Below, piece by piece: positions 1-6,705 of a stretch of 32,000 nucleotides of DNA. The stretch lies in the NCBI RefSeq assembly GCF_002945325.1, contig NZ_CP026606.1, positions 810,001 through 842,000 on the forward strand, read 5' to 3'. The first letter of the stretch is position 1, and each line of letters begins with the position of its first letter. The notes below the pieces were generated by a model, which had not been told where the DNA came from, made no database searches, and saw only the letters and a program-made list of their open reading frames with translations. This DNA comes from Methanococcus maripaludis (GTDB lineage: Archaea; AGJL01; Methanococci; Methanococcales; Methanococcaceae). The translations under genes were made by a program, and so were the position numbers.

Positions 1-1212
1 ATGTATTGTCTGAGACTCCATTGCTTCTAGAATATATGATAAAACACTTCTTTCAACGGTTAATTCATCAAGACATGCAGTACCGCCGTTTGCTTTTACT
101 AATACTCCTGGTTTTATGACCCAAGTACTGTCTCCAATTTCAGTTTTTTCCTGGACCACACCAGCTGTCAACCCAACTCCTGAAGCAGTTGAAATCGAGC
201 TGTAAACACAACCTGGAACTCCAGCAATGAATCTTAAAATATCACTTTTTCCAGTTCCAGGATCCGTTATTAATAAAATATGGCTGTCTGCTCGTTTTTT
301 TCCTTTTTTAACACCTCTGACCTGCTGTAAGAGAATAGATTGCTTTATTATCTCGTTTCCTTTGATTTGTGGTGCAATTCTTCCCGAAAGAATGTTTAAA
401 ACGTCTTTGTTTTTTGCGAGACTTTCAAACTGTTTAATTTCATTTTCAGTGAATGATACATCCAGTTTTTCGGTTACTGGTTCGCAATTGTATCCTCCGA
501 TTAAAATGTCATGAAGCGGGATTTTCTTATTTTTCTGGTTTTTTATTGGAATTCCCGTGACTTTGATCCGTCCGCAGTAGATTCCGGGCGTGTATTCGAG
601 TAATACACTTATGAATTTTGGAGGATCTTCGGGATCATCCATTAAATCCAACGGCTGCTGAATTTTTAGTTCCTGGTAATCTACATATTTTGATTCTTCA
701 TCCAGCAGCAACATATTTTGAGAACACTTTGGACACTGGGGCCCCATGTGCATTTCAAAAGGCCTTTCAATTGTCACTTTTTTCTTCTGGCCGCATGATG
801 CACAGACATAAACTGCTTCTTTTAGGGCCAACTTGATTTTAGTTGCCATTACAACTATTCCTTCAACTTCAACGAGTTTTCCATAATTTTCCCCCTTAAT
901 GTCCTCGATAGTCATTGGTTTTCCGTTAGAATTTCTATTCAATGATTCTGGAAGATTTTTTACAGTAACGGTGCAGTCTGCATCAGCCATTTTGTATGAA
1001 AAATAAGCATCCGCATAAGCTTCATTTAAGAGTTCCAGTGCTGAATAGGGGTTTTCTTCCAGATAATCTAAAAATTCAAAGAAACCATAATCATGAACGT
1101 TTTTTAAATCAACTACCACTCTTTTGGTTTCAGATATTATATCATCGAGGTGAACTTCCTTAAAATACGGAACTAACCTTGACATTAACTTTGATTTTAT
1201 TTTGTCATCCAA
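1..1212 (-). CDS. MCM replicative helicase homolog (partial; C-terminal part lies beyond the left edge)
   Basis: Minus-strand open frame from TTG at 1212 to the window edge, translated by hand: zinc-binding motif VCASCGQKKK...CPKC, then ...GGYNCEP..., SILLQQVRGVKKGKKRADSHILLITDPGTGKSDILRF (MCM Walker A style) and GGTACLDELTVERSVLSYILEAMESQTI. Purine-rich GAGGGGG upstream of the TTG. Confidence 0.9.
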   Translation of the reverse strand, partial: MDDKIKSKLMSRLVPYFKEVHLDDIISETKRVVVDLKNVHDYGFFEFLDYLEENPYSALELLNEAYADAYFSYKMADADCTVTVKNLPESLNRNSNGKPMTIEDIKGENYGKLVEVEGIVVMATKIKLALKEAVYVCASCGQKKKVTIERPFEMHMGPQCPKCSQNMLLLDEESKYVDYQELKIQQPLDLMDDPEDPPKFISVLLEYTPGIYCGRIKVTGIPIKNQKNKKIPLHDILIGGYNCEPVTEKLDVSFTENEIKQFESLAKNKDVLNILSGRIAPQIKGNEIIKQSILLQQVRGVKKGKKRADSHILLITDPGTGKSDILRFIAGVPGCVYSSISTASGVGLTAGVVQEKTEIGDSTWVIKPGVLVKANGGTACLDELTVERSVLSYILEAMESQTIH

Positions 1213-1224
1213 ATTAAAACCCCC

Positions 1225-1449
1225 TCACTGTTTAACATCTTTTTGAGGTTCTGGACCTTCTGTTTCGACTTTTTTAATGATTCGATCCATCAGTGCTTTT
1301 ACATCGTCGCATGCACTGATAATTCCCGGTCTAAATGCATCTTTGAAATCATCCTGGCTAGTTTCCCATAAATCAGTGTCTACAAAAACGAGTAAAAGTT
1401 TAAAAGTATTTCTTATTTCTTCAGTTTCTAATTTTATCATATTATTCAA
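1225..1449 (-). CDS. small conserved-type protein upstream of MCM, 74 aa, function unknown
   Basis: ORF track; overlaps the preceding ORF by a few nt and sits just upstream of the MCM gene, operon-like. Confidence 0.6.
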   Translation of the reverse strand: MNNMIKLETEEIRNTFKLLLVFVDTDLWETSQDDFKDAFRPGIISACDDVKALMDRIIKKVETEGPEPQKDVKQ

Positions 1450-1672
1450 CCTCTTTTAACAATTGTTTAGTTAATTCTTCGTCTTCTTCAATTATGGTTA
1501 TTAAAACGGTCTTGCCGATGTATTCTTTAGGTAGTTTTGGTTCAATATTTGCAGAATTGCCGTGTTCAGCTACTTTTGCAATAAATGTCGGAAGTGCTGA
1601 TCTCGGCTTCCTCCAGGTTTTCTTCTTGACTTCTATTCTGACCACCTTTTGGATTAATTTCTTCATTTTCAA
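1442..1672 (-). CDS. small DUF2080-like (transposon/element-encoded type) protein; true start may be internal
   Basis: 76-aa ORF with AEHGNSANIEPKLPKEYIGKTVLITIIEE, resembling the small archaeal element-associated DUF2080 pattern (V..xGNSxxIxxPKExxGKxVxVxxxE). 5' part overlaps the 198-aa ORF in another frame. Confidence 0.5.
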   Translation of the reverse strand: MKMKKLIQKVVRIEVKKKTWRKPRSALPTFIAKVAEHGNSANIEPKLPKEYIGKTVLITIIEEDEELTKQLLKEVE

Positions 1673-2162
1673 GCTTTTTTAAAGCCTTATTCAACAATTC
1701 AATAAGCTGGAAGATTTTTTCCGTGATTTTAGGTCTTAATGATATTTTAACACGTTCAGGAGTATTTTCCCAGTCATCTGTAAACAATAGTTCTAAAATC
1801 CGGTTAAAGTTCTTCAGGTGTCCTTTTCTGCAATTTTCCGAGCTTTCTGGAACGATCGTTCTTTCCAAAAGCCTCGTTTGAAGTTCTTCAATTATCCGGT
1901 CCTTTTCTTCGAGTTCGAGATTTTTGGTTTTAATTAAAGTTTCAATTTCTCGATCTTTTTGCTTTAATTGAAATTTTAGAAGTTCATTTTCTGCAAAAAG
2001 TGTTAAATTTTCGAATACTTTCCGAATCTGGCCCCGGAAGAAATCCGCGTAGTTTTTGTATTCTTCCGAGTGTTCTATGATTTTAAGTAGACATTTTTCG
2101 TCGGATTTTTCCATTTTCATGGTAAATACTTTATATGGCCCCAGTTCTCGATTTCTCGCCAT
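1566..2162 (-). CDS. hypothetical protein with coiled-coil-rich centre, 198 aa
   Basis: ORF track; charged heptad-like segment LLKFQLKQKDREIETLIKTKNLELEEKDRIIEELQTRLLE. Confidence 0.6.
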   Translation of the reverse strand: MARNRELGPYKVFTMKMEKSDEKCLLKIIEHSEEYKNYADFFRGQIRKVFENLTLFAENELLKFQLKQKDREIETLIKTKNLELEEKDRIIEELQTRLLERTIVPESSENCRKGHLKNFNRILELLFTDDWENTPERVKISLRPKITEKIFQLIELLNKALKKLENEEINPKGGQNRSQEENLEEAEISTSDIYCKSS

Positions 2163-2180
2163 AATACCGCTCCATGCGTA

Positions 2181-2393
2181 TTACCCCTCTTTTTTAAATT
2201 TTAACTGATCTTTGAGTTGTAATGCTACTCTTGGAGGGTCTTCTTCAGTTTTTTCTTTTAAAATGTAAACAATGACCTTATGATCCACAAGATCTGAAAA
2301 CGGATTGGGGTGTATTCTTCCACCGCCACCTTGTTTCTTGACTACTGCTTCGTACTTGATCAGAACGTCTTCATCATTCGGATGTTGAATAAT
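2181..2393 (-). CDS. small DUF2080-like protein (70 aa) apparently starting at ATT
   Basis: Open frame not in the supplied track: (I)IQHPNDEDVLIKYEAVVKKQGGGGRIHPNPFSDLVDHKVIVYILKEKTEEDPPRVALQLKDQLKFKKEG*. In-frame TGA at 2400-2402, strong GGTGAGGTGA purine tract just upstream, no ATG/GTG/TTG at the expected position. Confidence 0.4.
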   Translation of the reverse strand: MIQHPNDEDVLIKYEAVVKKQGGGGRIHPNPFSDLVDHKVIVYILKEKTEEDPPRVALQLKDQLKFKKEG

Positions 2394-2566
2394 TTCACCT
2401 CACCAGTTGTACACATATCCACAATATTGTGGACAATAATAACTTAACTTAATTATTATAAATAATTTACGCAAATTTGCGGATATAACTAAAATAGTTG
2501 TCATTACAAAATATAGTTAAATATACAAAATTGACCATATTAGCAAAATAATGGTCAGAGGATACT

Positions 2567-2869
2567 ATGTTATTAAAACTGATTGCAAAAACACACGCTT
2601 CTGAAATAATAAAATCTCTTGAAAAAAACGATGAATTACACTTTGGGGGCATTTGTAAATACGTTGAAGGCCATAAAAACAGCATTAACCGAATTTTGCA
2701 GGAACTCTACGATGAAGGAATAGTTGAAAAACGGGAAGAAAATTATTCTCCTAAAATATCAAAATCGTATTATAAACTAACAGATTTCGGAAAAGAAGTA
2801 TCGAAAATCATCGACCAGCTCGAAGTTTTGGAGCATAGATATTACGAAGCTAAAAATAAACCTCTTTAA
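2567..2869 (+). CDS. winged-helix transcriptional regulator (copy 1)
   Basis: 100 aa; IAKTHASEIIKSLEKNDELHFGGICKYVEGHKNSINRILQELYDEGIVEKREEN...SKSYYKLTDFGKEV is a typical archaeal wHTH pattern. Confidence 0.8.
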   Translation: MLLKLIAKTHASEIIKSLEKNDELHFGGICKYVEGHKNSINRILQELYDEGIVEKREENYSPKISKSYYKLTDFGKEVSKIIDQLEVLEHRYYEAKNKPL

Positions 2870-2888
2870 AAAAATATTATTAACATTT

Positions 2889-3176
2889 ATTTTGTAAGTA
2901 CTTACGAAATCATTTTTAGTTTAAAAAAAGTTCAAGGTTTCTTTTTTCTTAACCTGTTTTCATTTATATATTAAACCTAAAATGTAATCAAAAGTCATTA
3001 TCAAAAACAGTCTTTTTTCTTTTTATTTATTTTATTTCGTATATACAGAATTATCTAATAATCTGATTTTGTATATACGAAATCGTTTAAGTAATTCTTG
3101 CAAAAATAGGATTTGGTATTATTTTTTAGCATGTTTTGTATGAATAATTTATTTTGTATATACAAAATAATTGAAA
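2889..3176. repeat. long direct repeat, copy 1 (non-coding tail of wHTH copy 1)
   Basis: Near-identical and colinear with 3885-4172 (offset 996 nt): ...CATTTTTAGTTTAAAAAAAGTTCAAGGTTTC...TTAACCTG... ...AGTATTATTTTTTAGCATGTTTTGTATGAATAATTTATTTTGTATATACARAATAATTGA. Confidence 0.85.
3034..3168. promoter_or_regulatory. cluster of three 18-bp palindromic sites (ATTTCGTATATACAGAAT 3034-3051; ATTTTGTATATACGAAAT 3066-3083; ATTTTGTATATACAAAAT 3151-3168), with a 22-bp variant at 2889-2910
   Basis: Read directly; ATTTTGTATATACAAAAT is a perfect palindrome. The 22-bp variant is ATTTTGTAAGTACTTACGAAAT. Confidence 0.6.
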
Positions 3177-3535
3177 AATTAATAAAAAAATAATCATTTG
3201 AATCAGAATGAGTTGTAATATTATTCTAAAAAATAAACTCTTTTAAAAAATAATACTCAATTTTATTTTAGGTAGGCACCTCAAATCCAAATAGATAAAA
3301 AATTATACTTAATCTTTTTTTCATGATTTAAAATTGAATATAAATAAAATCTATATTTGTAGATTAATGTAATGTTTTTAGATTGCCAAAACCAATAATT
3401 AATTGGGCCATTAAATAATTTGAGGTACCACTAATTCCAAGGATTTTAATTAAGGGTACCTTTTATTTATTTTTAAAAATCCAGTAAGTTATTAATCAGT
3501 ATGATTTCATAATTAATTTATATGAAAATGCTTAA

Positions 3536-3838
3536 TTGGGCGATAATGTGATTTTAAAAATGATTAATAAAAAGCACGTTAAAGAAATATTATATCTATT
3601 AAATAGTGTTGAGGAACTTTATTTTGCGGAAATATGTAATAATATCCCTGAAGCACACAAAGGAAGTATTAATCGGACGTTGCAGGAATTATATGATTTT
3701 AAAATGGTTTCAAAAAGGGAAGAAGGAACTGCTAAACTTTCAAAAACATTTTATTCGATTACAGATCTTGGAAAGGAATCATTAAAGTTTTACGAACTTG
3801 AAAAAGAAGTGGAAACCAAGTACAATATAACAGAATAA
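3536..3838 (+). CDS. winged-helix transcriptional regulator (copy 2, paralog of 2567-2869); start may be internal (GTG 3547 or ATG 3559)
   Basis: KKHVKEILYLLNSVEELYFAEICNNIPEAHKGSINRTLQELYDFKMVSKREEG...SKTFYSITDLGKESLKFYELE aligns along its length with copy 1. Confidence 0.8.
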   Translation: MGDNVILKMINKKHVKEILYLLNSVEELYFAEICNNIPEAHKGSINRTLQELYDFKMVSKREEGTAKLSKTFYSITDLGKESLKFYELEKEVETKYNITE

Positions 3839-3884
3839 TACTTTATTAAAAATAAACCTCTTTAAAGAAATAATACTAATAACT

Positions 3885-4198
3885 ATTTTGTAGAGCTATA
3901 CAAAATCATTTTTAGTTTAAAAAAAGTTCAAGGTTTCTTTTTTCTTAACCTGTTTTCATTTATATATTAAACTTAAAATGTAATCAAAAGTCATTATCAA
4001 AAACAGCCTTTTTTCTTTTTATTTATTTTATTTCGCATATACAGAATTATCTAATAATCTGATTTTGTATATACAAAATCGTTTAAGTAATTCTTGCAAA
4101 AATAGGATTTAGTATTATTTTTTAGCATGTTTTGTATGAATAATTTATTTTGTATATACAGAATAATTGAAAAAAGGATTTTGTATATACTGAATTTT
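3885..4198. repeat. long direct repeat, copy 2 (non-coding tail of wHTH copy 2)
   Basis: Matches copy 1; its distal 100 bp (4099-4198) also matches 6595-6694. Confidence 0.85.
4030..4195. promoter_or_regulatory. cluster of four 18-bp palindromic sites (4030-4047, 4062-4079, 4147-4164, 4178-4195), with a 22-bp variant at 3885-3906 (ATTTTGTAGAGCTATACAAAAT)
   Basis: Same motif as 3034-3168; 4062-4079 is the perfect palindrome. Confidence 0.6.
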
Positions 4199-4285
4199 AA
4201 AAAAGTTTAGTTTATTCTGTGGAGTAATTCAAAACTGGATCTGTTGAAAAACGTATTTTTTGAATTGTTGTAGGGAAAAACGAGC

Positions 4286-5947
4286 TTATTTTAATAATTT
4301 ATTTTTTAAAATATCTCTTTTAAAAAACATTAAATTTCTAAAAAGGAGCTGTTTTGCATATGGATCTTTTTCATCACAATTAATATCTGCAGGGAAATAT
4401 AAATCTGATTTTAAAAGCAATGCGTTAATATACGCTTCCAAAATCAATGTTCGAGGATCTTTTAATTCCACTAAAGAATTTTTAGCATCCATTAAATATT
4501 TCAAACCCATATGTTCTAGTCCTAATTTGGAGTAACATTCATAAACATGGCGAAGGGTCTGAATATATGCGTATAACTCACCAGAATTTCGATAATAGGA
4601 TTCTAACTTAAAATTTATGGTCAAAGCATGGCAATAATAACCAATACGGAAAAAGTACTCTGAATAATTTGGTAAAATACAGTATTCTGAATTATTGTTC
4701 ATATTTTTTGCAACAACCAATGCTTTATCCAATATTGGTTTAGCTTCAATATATCTCTTAGTTTCCAAATAGGATGTTGAAATGGTAATGTAAAACGGCA
4801 GTTGAAATGCGTATATATGTTTTAAAACTTCTTTGTCAGTATTTTGACTTTTTAACTCATTGATTAGTAGTTTAATATGATCTAAGGCACCTAAGCAGAT
4901 TTTTTCTACTTGGGTATGCTTTCCAATTTTTAGATTTTTTTGTGCATAAAATTCCAAGGCACAAAGACGTTCTATAATATTTTCAGAAAAAAGTGCTTTT
5001 AAACTGTAATTCTCACTTAAATCCCATTCACCAACATTTCTCAAAAATTGAGAAATAACATAGTTTTTAAGCCTACTTTCAACATTTTTTGACCATATTT
5101 TTATTTTGATTTTCCACTCATTATTTTTGAAACTTAAATCGGTATATCCTCCGATATTCTCGGAATATAATTCCCAAATTGTTTTTACAAATTCATTGGT
5201 ATCCATAAAAACTTCATGAAAATCATAACTCTTTAAAAATTCTTTTTTAGAAACGTCTGATTTAGAATGGTTTACAACGGCTATTTTCTTTTCTAGATTA
5301 CTACATTTTTTAAAAATTGGGTTTATGTCATAAAAATCAGAAAAACTGTAACCCATAAAAATCAAACTATCATCATTGTATAACATGTCTTCCAAGACTT
5401 TTGCACGTATTTCTAAATTATTCTGGTTTGCAACGTTTTTTATCGTGTGTTTTAATGAATCTACGTTAGAAATGCAGCCGTGAATTTTGTAAATTTTCAA
5501 AATATTTTCGTCATTTAAAGAATTTTCCAGATCTTTTTCAGTTCTATATACTTTATAATCCCTATTTTCGACCATTCCTTCATCGATCATGGCTTTTTCT
5601 ATTAGTTCATCAAAATTTGTAGTATATATGGATCCTAGAAAACCCTGTTTTGCTAATTTTGCCATTAAAACATGATTTGAATTTGGAATTCCACAGTCAT
5701 AAACTTTCAAAAGCTCAGCCGATTCATTATTTAAAAATTCCATGTAAACTTCAAACGCTATGTCTTTTTTTAGTATTCTTTCAGCATCTTCTTGATTAAC
5801 CATTTTTAATAGTATCTCTTTGATAAACTCGTTAACTGAAGGAAGGCCTGAATCATAAGAGATGCCCGAACCTACGAAAAAAGAAAGTTGGCCTTTTGAC
5901 ATACTTCTAAAATCAAATTTTTCTAAAATTTCGTTTAAGTTTTCCAT
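4286..5947 (-). CDS. SIR2-like (NAD-binding) domain protein with long helical, TPR-like C-terminal region; probable antiviral effector
   Basis: 553 aa; LSFFVGSGISYDSGLPS, IYTTNFDELIEKA, LKIYKIHGCISN, LIFMGYSFSDFYDINPIF are SIR2_2-type motifs; C-terminal ...YHALTINFKLESYYRNSGELYAYIQTLRHVYECYSKLGLEHMGLKYLMDAKNSL... is repeat-like. Confidence 0.8.
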   Translation of the reverse strand: MENLNEILEKFDFRSMSKGQLSFFVGSGISYDSGLPSVNEFIKEILLKMVNQEDAERILKKDIAFEVYMEFLNNESAELLKVYDCGIPNSNHVLMAKLAKQGFLGSIYTTNFDELIEKAMIDEGMVENRDYKVYRTEKDLENSLNDENILKIYKIHGCISNVDSLKHTIKNVANQNNLEIRAKVLEDMLYNDDSLIFMGYSFSDFYDINPIFKKCSNLEKKIAVVNHSKSDVSKKEFLKSYDFHEVFMDTNEFVKTIWELYSENIGGYTDLSFKNNEWKIKIKIWSKNVESRLKNYVISQFLRNVGEWDLSENYSLKALFSENIIERLCALEFYAQKNLKIGKHTQVEKICLGALDHIKLLINELKSQNTDKEVLKHIYAFQLPFYITISTSYLETKRYIEAKPILDKALVVAKNMNNNSEYCILPNYSEYFFRIGYYCHALTINFKLESYYRNSGELYAYIQTLRHVYECYSKLGLEHMGLKYLMDAKNSLVELKDPRTLILEAYINALLLKSDLYFPADINCDEKDPYAKQLLFRNLMFFKRDILKNKLLK

Positions 5948-5953
5948 AATATC

Positions 5954-6154
5954 TTACAAAATATCCAAAATACGATTTATTCCATTAAAAAGCATATCAA
6001 TTGCACCATCAGGATCATTCGATGCTACTTTTATAAATTTTAAGGTAAATAATGATAAAAAAATCAGAGCAAACCCCATTAATATTCCCAAAATCGGGTG
6101 TAATTCTCCTTTTTTAGACCTAATCAAATTTTTAACTAAATTTAAAAGAATCAA
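5954..6154 (-). CDS. small single-TM protein with prepilin-like N-terminus, 66 aa, immediately upstream of the SIR2 gene (TTG start)
   Basis: MILLNLVKNLIRSKKGELHPILGILMGFALIFLSLFTLKFIKVASNDPDGAIDMLFNGINRILDIL; 6 nt gap to the SIR2 start on the same strand. Confidence 0.6.
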   Translation of the reverse strand: MILLNLVKNLIRSKKGELHPILGILMGFALIFLSLFTLKFIKVASNDPDGAIDMLFNGINRILDIL

Positions 6155-6249
6155 CCTATTCGCCCCCTAAATTTCGATATAATTATATGGTTGAATTTAA
6201 AATATATTAACTAATCGATTTTGAATTTGAAAAGAAAGGGCGATAAACC

Positions 6250-6324
6250 TTTTATGAATTAGAATCAGCTTTTGAAGAGTTAAAAGCAGATCAGAAAATA
6301 GTATACCAAATCGTTAAAGAATAA
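6250..6324 (+). pseudogene. C-terminal remnant of a third wHTH paralog
   Basis: FYELESAFEELKADQKIVYQIVKE* begins with the same FYELE as the C-terminus of copy 2 (KFYELEKEVETKYNITE*), preceded by GGGCGATAA as in copy 2 and followed by AAAAATAAACCTCTTTAAAGAA (6334-6355) as in copies 1 and 2. Confidence 0.5.
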
Positions 6325-6594
6325 TACTTTTTTAAAAATAAACCTCTTTAAAGAATATTACTCAAGATTATTTTATGGACGGTACATGAAACTCCCATTA
6401 ATTAAAAAAATCCATTAAGTTTATTTTTTAATCATATTTTTATTTAAATACTAAACCAGCGGTTTTTTGAAAAAAGTAATCTTATCCACTTAACTATTTA
6501 GAATATTTGGGGCCATATTAGATAATTTCGTGTACCATCTAATTTTAAAAAATCTTATTTTATGTGCCATGAAATAATTTAAAGAAATGGGTAA

Positions 6595-6694
6595 AAAATA
6601 GGACTTAGTATTATTTTTTAGTATGTTTTGTATGAATAATTTATTTTGTATATACAGAATAATTGAACTGGGGATTTTGTATATACAGAATTTT
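6595..6694. repeat. partial third copy of the repeat tail
   Basis: AAAATAGGACTTAGTATTATTTTTTAGTATGTTTTGTATGAATAATTTATTTTGTATATACAGAATAATTGAACTGGGGATTTTGTATATACAGAATTTT, offset 2496 nt from copy 2 with few mismatches in the first 72 nt. Confidence 0.85.
6643..6691. promoter_or_regulatory. two further 18-bp palindromic sites (ATTTTGTATATACAGAAT at 6643-6660 and 6674-6691)
   Basis: Same motif as the other clusters. Confidence 0.6.
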
Positions 6695-6705
6695 TGAAAT
6701 AGAAC

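Noticed and set aside
227-836. Plus-strand ORFs of 95 and 72 aa
   Set aside because: Antisense to the MCM reading frame, with no recognisable domains; shadow ORFs.
2467-2685. 72-aa minus-strand ORF
   Set aside because: Antisense to the wHTH gene and over the palindrome-rich divergent region; no protein-like features.
2889-4198. CRISPR-like array
   Set aside because: The palindromic sites repeat but spacing is irregular (13-67 nt) and the intervening sequence is itself duplicated, not unique spacers; no cas genes visible.
4286-5947. Thoeris or SIR2-HerA system
   Set aside because: No TIR-domain or HerA/FtsK-like ATPase gene lies next to the SIR2 gene.
2853-6355. Insertion sequence or transposon explanation for the repeats
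   Set aside because: No transposase-like ORF, terminal inverted repeats or target-site duplications were identified in 2.5-6.7 kb; direct-repeat cassette structure fits better, though a MITE origin is not formally excluded.
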